Shown here: positions 39,646-48,669 of the stretch, one piece after another
Layout: each line of letters opens with the position of its first letter
Position numbering within the stretch: position 1 is the stretch's first letter
Assembly (NCBI GenBank): GCA_019420585.1
Contig: JAHZGX010000034.1
Location: 36,659 to 100,658 of the forward strand
Direction of reading: 5' to 3'
DNA: 64,000 bases
DNA from: Prevotellaceae bacterium
GTDB lineage: Bacteria > Bacteroidota > Bacteroidia > Bacteroidales > Bacteroidaceae
Program-made: the position numbers and the translations under genes
Notes under the pieces: generated by a model
What the model was told of the DNA's origin: nothing
The model's input: only the letters and a program-made list of their open reading frames with translations
The model's database searches: none

Positions 39646-42498
39646 ATGACAAAGAAACTGCTTTCCCTCCCTCCGAACTTAGTACACAGTTTCCACAACA
39701 TTGAGAGAGTCTCACCCCAGGAATACTTCTGTACCAGCGACCCCATCGGGAAAAAACTGGGCAGCGGAGGAGGCACCACATGGCTGCTGGAAGCCTGCAG
39801 GCAGGAGGAGTGCCCAGTTTTGTCCATGGAAGAATGGCTTCCCAGAGAAAAGCGCATCTTGCTCCATGCAGGCGGGCAAAGCCGTCGCCTGCCCGCCTAT
39901 GCGCCGGGCGGAAAGATTCTCACCCCCATACCAGTATTCCGCTGGAGCCGCGGACAACGCATCTCACAGAACTTGCTCCAACTGCAGTTGCCACTCTACG
40001 AGCGTATCATGGATGCTGCGCCCGATGGGGTTCACACGCTCATCGCCAGCGGAGATGTGTACATAAGGGCTGGCAAACTGCAACCTATCCCTCAGGCCGA
40101 CGTGGTGTGTTACGGATTGTGGGTAGATCCATCACTGGCCAAGAACCACGGCGTATTCTTCTCCAGACGGGACACCCCGGGCCAACTGGACTTCATGCTG
40201 CAAAAGCCCAGCGTGGAACGACTGGGAAAACTGCTGCATACACATCTCTTCCTAATGGACGTGGGCATCTGGCTCCTCAGTGACCGTGCCGTCAGACTGC
40301 TGGCTGAGCGAAGCAGGAAAGCCGATGAAAGCATAGGATGTTATGACCTTTACAGCGATTTCGGATGCGCCCTGGGGAAGCATCCCTCAAGTCCGGACAG
40401 GCTGCTGGACGGGCTTTCCACAGCCATCCTACCGCTCCAAGACGGTGAGTTCTACCACTATGGAACAAGCCGCGAGATGCTCAGCAGCACGCTCAGCATA
40501 CAGAATCTGGTGTATGACCAGAGGCGCATCATGCACCTGGGTATCAAGCCCCATCCCTCCATATTCATACAGAACGCACAATGTCAGACCATTCTGACCG
40601 AGGAGAACAGCAACACCTGGATAGAAAACTCTTGGGTGGGAAAACACTGGAAACTGCATGGCAACAATATCGTGACAGGCATACCCCAAAACGACTGGCA
40701 TGTAAACCTGCCACAGGGAGTGTGTGTGGACATGGTGCCCATCGACACTCCACAGCCCCATGCCTATGCACTGCGTCCCTACGGGATGAACGATGCATTC
40801 AGAGGTGACATCACAGATTCCCGGGTCACCTACTTGGGCATGAGTGTCAGCAAATGGGCATCAGACAGAGGAGTCAGCCTTGAGGAAATACAGCCACAAG
40901 CCGACTTGCAGGCCGCACGCATCTTCCCGATAAGCCAGGACATGGAACAACTGGGACGCATGCTGAACTGGATGGTGCACGATACCGAAGACTCTGACGC
41001 ACGCGAGATGTGGCGCAATGCGCCCAAGGTGAGTGCCAACGAACTGTCGGACAAGGCCAATCTGCAACGCCTGCAAGCACAACGTGAGGATTTTCTCAGC
41101 CACAATCTCACAGAACTGGCCGCCAATTATCGCCGCAGCATATTCTATCAGACCAACCTGGACGATACGGCACGTAAGTTTGCACGGTACAATCTGCCAT
41201 TGCCGGAAGCACTGAACGAGGATGCTCCTCTGCTCACCCGTATCAGCGACCAAATGTTCCGCCACCGCGTGATTACACTCCGCGGAGAGGAAGACACACA
41301 GCATGAACAGGCTGCCTTCATGCTGCTGAGGGACGGTCTTGTGAGCCAGGCACGCAAGGACAAGCAGATGCCCACTATGAACGTGCTGGCCGACCAGATT
41401 GTATGGAGCCGAAGCCCGGTGCGCATTGACCTGGCTGGCGGATGGACTGACACCCCTCCCTACTGCCTGATAAACGGCGGAAACGTAGTGAACCTGGCCA
41501 TCGAACTGAACGGGCAACCTCCTCTGCAGGTGTATGTAAAGCCCTCTGCACGGCATGAAATTACATTGCGAAGCATTGACCTGGGGGCAGAAGAACACAT
41601 AAAGACCTACGAACAATTGCAACGCTACGCACTGCTAGGTTCACCGTTCTCCATTCCCAAGGCTGCCCTCTCGCTGGCAGGATTCCTGCCGGAGTACTGT
41701 GCTACCAGTTACCCAACACTCAAAGAACAGTTGCAAGACTTCGGCTGCGGCATCGAGATTACCCTGCTGAGTGCCATTCCGGCAGGCAGCGGGCTGGGCA
41801 CCAGCAGCATCCTGGCAGCCACGGTTTTGGGTGCACTAAGTGACTTCTGCGGTCTGCATTGGGACAAGTGCGAGATTTCCAACCGCACTCTGGTACTGGA
41901 GCAACTGCTCACCACCGGTGGTGGATGGCAAGACCAGTATGGAGGAGTGCTTCCGGGAGTGAAACTGCTGCTCACGGGTGACGGGTTCATGCAGACACCG
42001 GAAGTGCGCTGGTTGAACGAGACGCTCTACACCGACCCGCAGTACAGCGGCTGCCACCTACTCTATTACACGGGCATCACACGCACGGCAAAGAAGATAC
42101 TGGCCGAGATAGTACGCTCAATGTTCCTTTTTGAAACAGGTCACATGGAACTTCTGGCCGAAATGAAAGAGCATGCCCTGGAAGTCTACGAGGCATTCCA
42201 GCAGTGTGACTATGACCGTGTGGGACGCTTGGTAAGGCGCACATGGCAGCAGAACCAATTGCTGGACAGCGGCACGAATCCCGAAGCAGTGCAATCCATC
42301 ACCCGACTCATTGATGACCTGTGCACGGGCTATAAACTTCCGGGAGCGGGAGGAGGAGGCTACCTATACATGATGGCCAAGGACCCTGAGGCCGCAGCAC
42401 GCATCAAGAGGATTCTGACAGAGCGGCGTCCCAACGCGAAAGCACGTTTCGTGGACATGACACTGAGCCCCACCGGGCTCCAGACAAGCCGTTCATAA
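39646..42498 (+). CDS. fkp: bifunctional L-fucokinase / L-fucose-1-phosphate guanylyltransferase
   Basis: 950 aa. Collinear with my recollection of B. fragilis Fkp from MxKKLLSLPxNLVxSFH...FCTSDPxGKKLGSGGGT through IVWxRSPVRIDxAGGWTDTPPY, IPAGSGLGTSSILA, LLTTGGGWQDQYGG and GYKLPGAGGGGYLYM to the C-terminal QxSRS. Confidence 0.95.
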   Translation: MTKKLLSLPPNLVHSFHNIERVSPQEYFCTSDPIGKKLGSGGGTTWLLEACRQEECPVLSMEEWLPREKRILLHAGGQSRRLPAYAPGGKILTPIPVFRWSRGQRISQNLLQLQLPLYERIMDAAPDGVHTLIASGDVYIRAGKLQPIPQADVVCYGLWVDPSLAKNHGVFFSRRDTPGQLDFMLQKPSVERLGKLLHTHLFLMDVGIWLLSDRAVRLLAERSRKADESIGCYDLYSDFGCALGKHPSSPDRLLDGLSTAILPLQDGEFYHYGTSREMLSSTLSIQNLVYDQRRIMHLGIKPHPSIFIQNAQCQTILTEENSNTWIENSWVGKHWKLHGNNIVTGIPQNDWHVNLPQGVCVDMVPIDTPQPHAYALRPYGMNDAFRGDITDSRVTYLGMSVSKWASDRGVSLEEIQPQADLQAARIFPISQDMEQLGRMLNWMVHDTEDSDAREMWRNAPKVSANELSDKANLQRLQAQREDFLSHNLTELAANYRRSIFYQTNLDDTARKFARYNLPLPEALNEDAPLLTRISDQMFRHRVITLRGEEDTQHEQAAFMLLRDGLVSQARKDKQMPTMNVLADQIVWSRSPVRIDLAGGWTDTPPYCLINGGNVVNLAIELNGQPPLQVYVKPSARHEITLRSIDLGAEEHIKTYEQLQRYALLGSPFSIPKAALSLAGFLPEYCATSYPTLKEQLQDFGCGIEITLLSAIPAGSGLGTSSILAATVLGALSDFCGLHWDKCEISNRTLVLEQLLTTGGGWQDQYGGVLPGVKLLLTGDGFMQTPEVRWLNETLYTDPQYSGCHLLYYTGITRTAKKILAEIVRSMFLFETGHMELLAEMKEHALEVYEAFQQCDYDRVGRLVRRTWQQNQLLDSGTNPEAVQSITRLIDDLCTGYKLPGAGGGGYLYMMAKDPEAAARIKRILTERRPNAKARFVDMTLSPTGLQTSRS

Positions 42499-42629
42499 GT
42501 GCTCACGAAACAGAGGGAAGGATTCACACAGCCGACATCCGACACCGTCAAGAAAGCAGGAAACACCAGCTCACTGGATAAGTTTTGAACTACACCCCAA
42601 AAGTTTTGTGTCCAACTTTTTGGGGTCAC

Positions 42630-42717
42630 TTCAAGTCACTTAAGGGTAGCAATCAAGTCATTTAAGGGTGCTAATCAAGTCACTTAGGGGTAGTAATCAA
42701 GTCACTTGCAAGGGAAC
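42630..42717. repeat. tandem direct repeat, 22-bp period, 4 copies
   Basis: The TCAAGTCA core recurs at 42632, 42654, 42676 and 42698. Units are approximately AATCAAGTCACTTAAGGGTAGC with a few substitutions each. They abut directly with no spacers. Confidence 0.9.
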
Positions 42718-42928
42718 AAAGCCGCTTCGGAGCAAGGGGGCGACTCTTTAGGGCAAATCAAAGAGGTGGCACCGGTAAAAAGTTCTTCCTTCTTTCAGAA
42801 TCGCTAACTTATACGCTTATCCTCCTAGATTTATCTGGTGAACCGAAATACCTGACAAATCCGTCAGAAAAGAATAATTGAATGCGAAGCACCAAGGTAC
42901 GCACATGGTAAACCTGTGGCCTGCGCAT

Positions 42929-44389
42929 TCACTTGCCTATATCAGGGAAATGTCCGTGCAAATCCCGGTAAGCATACAGGTAATACTCATCAGGAGCCAC
43001 TCCCGGGTAAATGGAGCCGAACAACTGCTCCGTACTTTGCCTGTCCGCCTCAGCGGCCTTTTGCAAGTAAGCAAGGCTGGTAATCTTATCACCAGTCTGA
43101 TAATAGTAATAAGCCAAGTAAGGAAGAGGAGATGCCCCATCGTCCGTGTCAGGAAACTTGTCCTGCACATTGAGCATCATCTGTATGGCCTCACCGTAAT
43201 GTCCTGCCTCACCATAGGCAATGCCGATAATCATCAGCGTGTTGCGCTTGGTCTTGCTTGCGCGCAGAGCCTTGGTGAAACTCTCTACCGCCTCATCGTC
43301 AAAACCGTTCTCCAACAACACCTGCCCCCTGAGCAGGCTATACTCGCAGTCCATATCGTCCATGCGTAGGCTCTCGGCAAAGGCTATCGCCTCCAAAGCC
43401 TTGTCGGCACGGTGCAATTTGCTCTCCACATAAGCCTTCTCCAGCAGCATGTGCACATATTGGGGGGATTCCGATGAACACACATTCAAGGCATGGTCCA
43501 CCTGTTTCACCGCGTCCGCATAGTGTCCCAGGGAGGCAAGGCACACGGCATCAAGATACAGTACATTGGCATCCTCAGAATCATCCTGGAGATATTTCCC
43601 ATAAAGTTCATGAGCCTTCTCTGGTTGATTCATGTGGAAGAGGCAACTGGCCTTGGTGGCTAAAGCCCTGCGGTCATCCTTGTCAATGGCCAGCACGTAC
43701 TCCGCCGAATCAATAGCTTCGGCAAACCGCTCGGTGGCTCCCTGCGACTCGGCAAGAAGGTTCCACACGTCTTTGTGGTACGGGTTCTCGTCAAGAATTT
43801 CATTCAGCATCACTATGGCCTCGTCATAGCGCCCCAGACATACAAGCAACTCAGCCTTCATGCGCTTCAGTCTGGAGTAGTCCGGGAAGAGACGCCCCAG
43901 TCTGTTGACCCACATCATGGCATATTCCCACTGCCCATAATCCATGAAAAGCCCCGCACTGTCATACAGGAAATGGTCACGCTCGCCGTCAAGAGTACGG
44001 TACACATGCAGCAGGTACACCACCGCCTCCCGGCCACGCTCCTCCTTGATGAGGATTTCCGCATTGAGGAATTTCACCTCCCTATCCTCCTGATCCATGA
44101 TGTTCCGGCTGATGCGCCATGCCTCTTCGGTATTGCCAAGGAAGAGTTGCTTGCGCGCCAAGAACACCTGCGGATCCACGCTGTCGGGATGCAAGGCCAA
44201 TGCGAGCGAGATGGCCTGGTCGGCATCCCGCTCGCGTTCCTGAGTCATGTAGTACTCCGCTATGTCGGTCAGTTCGTCAGCATCCATATAAATCGACTCT
44301 CCCCGACGAACCGCCTCCTCATAGCGTGCCAGTGAATCCCGGAACTCCGGTTGGCTGAAATACTTCTCGTCCTCTTCGTTTATCGGCAT
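42929..44389 (-). CDS. tetratricopeptide-repeat (TPR) protein
   Basis: 486 aa of repeated about 34-aa A/Y/L-rich helical units (for example AIxxLxxALxxxPxxxxAxxxxA). Starts 3 nt after the glnS stop, so it is probably co-transcribed. Confidence 0.7.
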   Translation of the reverse strand: MPINEEDEKYFSQPEFRDSLARYEEAVRRGESIYMDADELTDIAEYYMTQERERDADQAISLALALHPDSVDPQVFLARKQLFLGNTEEAWRISRNIMDQEDREVKFLNAEILIKEERGREAVVYLLHVYRTLDGERDHFLYDSAGLFMDYGQWEYAMMWVNRLGRLFPDYSRLKRMKAELLVCLGRYDEAIVMLNEILDENPYHKDVWNLLAESQGATERFAEAIDSAEYVLAIDKDDRRALATKASCLFHMNQPEKAHELYGKYLQDDSEDANVLYLDAVCLASLGHYADAVKQVDHALNVCSSESPQYVHMLLEKAYVESKLHRADKALEAIAFAESLRMDDMDCEYSLLRGQVLLENGFDDEAVESFTKALRASKTKRNTLMIIGIAYGEAGHYGEAIQMMLNVQDKFPDTDDGASPLPYLAYYYYQTGDKITSLAYLQKAAEADRQSTEQLFGSIYPGVAPDEYYLYAYRDLHGHFPDIGK

Positions 44390-44392
44390 CGC

Positions 44393-46162
44393 TTATCTGC
44401 TGACTTTAGCATAAGTGTCCTTCAAGCCCACTGTCTTGTTGAACACCAAATGGTCTGGGCGACTGTCGGTATCCACATTGAAGTAGCCGATACGCTGGAA
44501 CTGCAGGTAACTCAACGGAGCCATCTGCCCGGCAAACTCCTCCACGTAACAGTGGGAAAGCACGTGCAGGCTGTCGGGATTGATAATCTGCTTCATGGCC
44601 GTCACCGCATCGCATGCCTGTGCATCGCGTATGGCAGCCATCTCATCGCGCGGGTTCTCCACCTTCCACAGGCGGTCATACAGGCGTACCTCGGCTTCCA
44701 GCGCGTGCGCACAACTCACCCAGTGCAGTGTTTTTCCCTTTATCTTCCTGTCAGCACCCGGCATGCCGCTACGGCTCTCGGGATCGTAGGTACAATATAT
44801 CTCCACCACACGCCCATCGTCATCCTTCTTGCAGCCCGTGCACTCCACGATGTAGGCATTCTTCAAGCGCACCTCCTTACCCGGAGCCATGCGCATGAAC
44901 TTCTTCTCGGGCACGTCCATGAAGTCGTCCCGCTCTATCCACAACTCGCGTCCAAAGGCCACCTCATGGGTACCATCGGCCTCATTCTCAGGATTGTTCA
45001 CGGCAGTCAGCATCTCTGTCTGCCCCTCCGGATAGTTGGTGATGACCACCTTCACGGGGTCGAGCACCGCACTCACGCGTATGGCCCGGCTGTTCAAATC
45101 CTCGCGCACAGCACTCTCCATGAGGGCAATCTCGTTGAGGGCATCGTAAGTGGTGTAGCCTATCTTGTCGATGAACTTCACTATGCTCTGCGGGCTATAG
45201 CCCCTGCGGCGGTATCCACAGATGGTGGGCATGCGCGGGTCATCCCATCCGTTGACCAGCCCTTCCTTGACCAGCGCCAGCAGGTTACGCTTGCTCATGA
45301 GCGTGTAAGAGAGATTCAGTTTGTTGAACTCCGTCTGCCTGGGGCGGTTGTCCTCAATGTTGTCCGTCTCGCCCTTGTATTCCTTCATCCACGTGACGAA
45401 CAGGTCATAAAGGGGTCTGTGCTCCACAAACTCCAAAGTGCACAGACTGTGGGTCACGCCTTCCAGGTAATCGCTCTGCCCGTGCGTGAAGTCATACATC
45501 GGGTAAGCGTTCCACTTGTTGCCCGTGCGTATGTGCGGAATGTTCATCACCCTGTACAGCAGGGGGTCGCGGAAGAGCATGTTGGGGTGCGCCATGTCAA
45601 TCTTGGCACGCAGCACCAGCGTGCCGGGCGTGGCCTGGCCGCTGTTCATGAACTCAAAGAGGCGCAGGTTCTCCTCCACCGGCCTGTCACGGAACGGGCT
45701 GTTGGTGCCTGCCTGAGTGGTGGTACCCTTCTGCTGTGCAATGACCTCCGCGCTCTGCTCGTCCACATAAGCACGCCCCTGGCGTATGAGCCACAGGGCA
45801 AAGTCCCACAGTTCCTGGAAATAATCGCTGGCATAATACACATGGTCCCACCGGAAACCCAGCCAAGATATGTCGTTCTCTATGCTTTCTATGTATTCGG
45901 TGTCCTCCTTCACGGGATTGGTGTCGTCAAAGCGCAGGTTGCAGGTGCCGCCATACTTCTGGGCAATTCCGAAATCAAGCGCGATGGCCTTGGCGTGCCC
46001 GATGTGCAGGTATCCGTTGGGCTCGGGCGGAAAACGCGTCTGCACGCGGCCGCCATTCTTACCCTCGTCCAAGTCCTTCTCCACTTTCTGTTCTATGAAG
46101 TTCAGGCTTTTCCTTTCCTCTTCCTTATCCTTGATAATCTGTTCTGCCATAGATTCACACAT
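44393..46162 (-). CDS. glnS: glutamine--tRNA ligase
   Basis: TRFPPEPNGYLHIGHAKAI (HIGH motif), LSYTLMSKR (KMSKS-like), and C-terminal anticodon-binding domains. An alternative start is at 46150 (MAEQ...). Confidence 0.93.
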   Translation of the reverse strand: MCESMAEQIIKDKEEERKSLNFIEQKVEKDLDEGKNGGRVQTRFPPEPNGYLHIGHAKAIALDFGIAQKYGGTCNLRFDDTNPVKEDTEYIESIENDISWLGFRWDHVYYASDYFQELWDFALWLIRQGRAYVDEQSAEVIAQQKGTTTQAGTNSPFRDRPVEENLRLFEFMNSGQATPGTLVLRAKIDMAHPNMLFRDPLLYRVMNIPHIRTGNKWNAYPMYDFTHGQSDYLEGVTHSLCTLEFVEHRPLYDLFVTWMKEYKGETDNIEDNRPRQTEFNKLNLSYTLMSKRNLLALVKEGLVNGWDDPRMPTICGYRRRGYSPQSIVKFIDKIGYTTYDALNEIALMESAVREDLNSRAIRVSAVLDPVKVVITNYPEGQTEMLTAVNNPENEADGTHEVAFGRELWIERDDFMDVPEKKFMRMAPGKEVRLKNAYIVECTGCKKDDDGRVVEIYCTYDPESRSGMPGADRKIKGKTLHWVSCAHALEAEVRLYDRLWKVENPRDEMAAIRDAQACDAVTAMKQIINPDSLHVLSHCYVEEFAGQMAPLSYLQFQRIGYFNVDTDSRPDHLVFNKTVGLKDTYAKVSR

Positions 46163-46182
46163 TTAGGGGAATTATATTGTCA

Positions 46183-46190
46183 CAAAAGTA
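46183..46190 (-). promoter_or_regulatory. -7 promoter box TACTTTTG (minus strand) for glnS
   Basis: The plus strand reads caaaagta, 21 nt upstream of the ATG at 46162. Confidence 0.5.
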
Positions 46191-46357
46191 CCACTTTATT
46201 GGCTATTTCTGCACATTAAGGGCAAAAAAGAAGGCTATTTGCAAAAATGTGTTATAAAACATGCCAAAATGTTTTGCCACGTTGCGAGAATTAACGTACT
46301 TTGAACCAGTTATTCTGACAAACAATCTTTTTACCTTAGAAACTAGTATCAATTTAG

Positions 46358-46395
46358 TGAGGTCTCGTTGTGAAACGCGGCCTCATTGCTTTTTA
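46358..46395 (+). terminator. orphan plus-strand terminator-like hairpin
   Basis: tgaggtctcg / cgcggcctca stem (10 positions, one G-U, one mismatch), 8-nt loop, then TTGCTTTTT. No plus-strand gene lies upstream. Confidence 0.35.
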
Positions 46396-46614
46396 TAAAT
46401 ACCCTCCATCACCCACATCTCCACCAACCATCTTCATAAACATCCGCATAAACATCCGCCCTCGGCATACCTCTCAAACTGGACAGAAGGCATTCCCTGA
46501 CGCACCGCAACCTCTCAAACGAGTTCTGCAAGACTACCCTTTTCACACACAGACGATGCGCATGCCGCCCCCGCCACTGATCCTGTATTTCGCCAAAACG
46601 CCTGATTTTATGTT

Positions 46615-46657
46615 TCCAGTTAGGAAAAAAGAATTCCCTAACTGGATTTTTATTTTT
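46615..46657 (+). terminator. orphan plus-strand terminator-like hairpin
   Basis: Perfect 9-10-bp stem (t)ccagttagg / cctaactgg(a), 12-nt loop, then TTTTTATTTTT. No plus-strand gene lies upstream. Confidence 0.4.
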
Positions 46658-46740
46658 CCTAGGCAGCCCCTTTTTCGCGCTCAGCGGATATTTGGCGGCC
46701 TGTATCTTGGCTCCGACATGCGTGGAAATCTGACATGCGT

Positions 46741-46778
46741 GAAAACAAGAAAAGAGATGGATTCATGAATCCACCTCT
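46741..46778 (-). terminator. Rho-independent terminator of the tRNA gene
   Basis: On the minus strand: agaggtggatt-catg-aatccatctct (11 bp, with a G-U only on this strand) followed by TTTCTTGTTTTC, starting 11 nt after the tRNA 3' end. Confidence 0.75.
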
Positions 46779-46788
46779 TTTCACTCTG

Positions 46789-46861
46789 TTGCGGGGGTCC
46801 GACTCGAACGGGCGACCTCCAGGTTATGAGCCTGGCGAGCTACCAACTGCTCCACCCCGCG
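46789..46861 (-). tRNA. tRNA-Met (CAT anticodon), initiator type
   Basis: The hand-folded minus-strand sequence is CGCGGGGTGGAGCAGTTGGTAGCTCGCCAGGCTCATAACCTGGAGGTCGCCCGTTCGAGTCGGACCCCCGCAA. It forms a cloverleaf with a C1-A72 mismatch, an A11-U24 pair and the CUCAUAA anticodon loop, and is close to E. coli tRNA-fMet. There is one C-A mismatch in the T stem, and CCA is not encoded. Confidence 0.85.
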
Positions 46862-47029
46862 ATGTTATTGCCTGTTTGCGAGTGCAAAGGTACATCAATA
46901 TATCTTTCCCACCAAACTTTACATGAAGAAAATTGAGTGCACGTCTGCATTTCCCTGCGTTTTGGCACACATCGGACAGCCTTGTGCATTTTTAACAGGA
47001 GATTTTTGCGCCATAAGCCCAATTTGAGT

Positions 47030-47037
47030 TATCTTTG
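47030..47037 (+). promoter_or_regulatory. -7 promoter box TATCTTTG
   Basis: Matches TAnnTTTG, 94 nt upstream of the tetR-family ATG. Confidence 0.4.
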
Positions 47038-47130
47038 CATGAGAAATGATTTCGGGGAAAGACTGAATGCACGGCAACGGGCATGCCCCCTCCCCAAGCA
47101 TAACCGGACAACCAGTCTAAACGGAAAAAT

Positions 47131-47742
47131 ATGGCAGCAACAAAGACCAGGGAAAAAATGGTGGACGTGGCGCGGCAACTCTTCGCAAAGCAAGGGGTGG
47201 AAAATACCACAATGAATGACATTGCGGTGACCTCGGGCAAGGGGCGGCGTACATTGTATACCTATTTCAAGAATAAGGAGGAAATTTACTGGGCTGTAAT
47301 AGAGGGTGAACTGGAAAGACTATCGGAAAGGATGAACGAGGTGGCCAAGCAGAACATGGAACCGGAGGACAAACTGGTGGAGTTGGTATACACGCACCTC
47401 AACATGATCAAGGAGGCCGTGCAGCGCAACGGCAACCTCAGGGCAGAATTCTTCCGCAACATCATCATGGTACAAAAGGTGAGAAAGAACTTCGACCAGA
47501 CCGAGCTGAAGCATTTCAACGCCATCATGACCGAGGGAGTGCACAGCGGGAAGTTCGAGATAGACTGCATACCATTGTGTGCCAACATACTACATTTCAG
47601 CGTCAAAGGACTGGAGATACCCTACATCTACGGCCGCCTTACACAGGGGCTGCCCAGCGGAATGAGCAGGGGCATCGTGCAGAAACTCATCCACAAGGCA
47701 CTGGCAAAGCCCGACAGGCAGCACATCAGTTATTACCTGTAA
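47131..47742 (+). CDS. TetR/AcrR-family transcriptional regulator
   Basis: The N-terminal helix-turn-helix region AARQLFAKQGVENTTMNDIAVTSGKGRRTLYTYFKNKEEIY is typical of the TetR_N domain. Confidence 0.85.
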   Translation: MAATKTREKMVDVARQLFAKQGVENTTMNDIAVTSGKGRRTLYTYFKNKEEIYWAVIEGELERLSERMNEVAKQNMEPEDKLVELVYTHLNMIKEAVQRNGNLRAEFFRNIIMVQKVRKNFDQTELKHFNAIMTEGVHSGKFEIDCIPLCANILHFSVKGLEIPYIYGRLTQGLPSGMSRGIVQKLIHKALAKPDRQHISYYL

Positions 47743-47841
47743 CCCACCGGGGGCAGAAAGATGGAGCGCCGGTGGCGGGCAAAGGAACATGCCGACCGAA
47801 AAAAATAGAAATTCATTTATCCAACATACATTATATATAAT

Positions 47842-48600
47842 ATGGGATTACTGACAGGAAAGACCGCGCTGATTACCGGCGCGGCACGCGGAATCGGAAA
47901 GGCCATCGCTCTGAAATTCGCTTCAGAGGGTGCAAACATCGCATTCACTGATCTTGTGCTCAACGATGACATGGCTGCCGGACTTGAGGCCACACGCCGG
48001 GAAATTGAGGCCGTAGGAGTGACATGCCGCGCTTACGCAGGCAATGCTGCCGATTTTGCAGAGACAGAAAACGTGGTGAAACAGATACGCGAGGACTTCG
48101 GAAGCATTGACATACTGGTAAACAACGCCGGAATCACCAAAGACGGACTGATGCTGCGCATGACCGAGGCACAATGGGATGCCGTAATCAACGTGAACCT
48201 GAAGAGCGCGTTCAACTTCATACACGCCTGTGTGCCCATCATGATGCGTCAGCGTCACGGCTCCATCATCAACATGGCCAGCGTGGTGGGTGTGCACGGA
48301 AACGCCGGACAGGCCAACTACGCAGCCAGCAAGGCCGGACTAATCGCACTGGCCAAGAGCATCGCACAGGAAATGGGTCCCAAGGGCATACGCGCCAACG
48401 CCATCGCTCCAGGATTCATAGAGACCGCCATGACGGCTGCCCTGCCCGATGAGGTGCGCGAGGAATGGAAGAAGAAGATTCCCCTGCGCCGCGGCGGACA
48501 GGTTGACGACATAGCCAACGTGGCCACATTCCTAGCCAGTGACCTGAGCAGTTACGTGTCTGGACAGGTCATCCAAGTGGACGGCGGAATGAACATGTAA
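47842..48600 (+). CDS. fabG: 3-oxoacyl-ACP reductase
   Basis: SDR motifs TGAARGIGKAIA, NNAGI and YAASKAGLIALAKS. 252 aa with the typical FabG ending GQVIQVDGGMNM. Confidence 0.9.
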   Translation: MGLLTGKTALITGAARGIGKAIALKFASEGANIAFTDLVLNDDMAAGLEATRREIEAVGVTCRAYAGNAADFAETENVVKQIREDFGSIDILVNNAGITKDGLMLRMTEAQWDAVINVNLKSAFNFIHACVPIMMRQRHGSIINMASVVGVHGNAGQANYAASKAGLIALAKSIAQEMGPKGIRANAIAPGFIETAMTAALPDEVREEWKKKIPLRRGGQVDDIANVATFLASDLSSYVSGQVIQVDGGMNM

Positions 48601-48614
48601 GCAGGACGGACAAT

Positions 48615-48646
48615 AGCCCGGCACACACCCTGTTGTATGCCGGGCT
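48615..48646 (+). terminator. hairpin after fabG (no clear U-tract)
   Basis: Perfect 9-bp stem agcccggca / tgccgggct with a 14-nt loop. It covers the ORF-track start at 48637, which argues for the downstream start of the next gene. Confidence 0.4.
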
Positions 48647-48669
48647 GCCTGCCTTACAACGACAAGGAG

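Noticed and set aside
32958-41622. Antisense or overlapping ORFs across fabD, GH13, gmd, fcl and fkp (for example 32958-33764, 33788-34531, 34898-35758, 37299-37883, 37989-38744, 38898-39857, 40861-41622).
   Set aside because: These are shadow ORFs of GC-rich genes. Each is fully contained in, or overlaps, a gene with strong family signatures on the other strand, and none has a promoter box or recognisable domains.
42630-42717. The 22-bp repeat array as a possible CRISPR array.
   Set aside because: Units abut directly with no spacers, are only 22 bp long, differ from one another, and no cas genes or leader are nearby.
44351-46219. A 622-aa plus-strand ORF spanning the whole of glnS in antisense. 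This is tempting in view of the Rodin-Ohno sense/antisense aaRS idea.
   Set aside because: The ORF is exactly codon-aligned with glnS: both sets of codon low coordinates are congruent to 2 mod 3. It therefore stays open simply because glnS lacks TTA, CTA and TCA codons, which is expected in this GC-rich, codon-biased genome. The translation is H/L/V/R/G-rich with no recognisable motif, while the minus-strand product is an unmistakable GlnRS.
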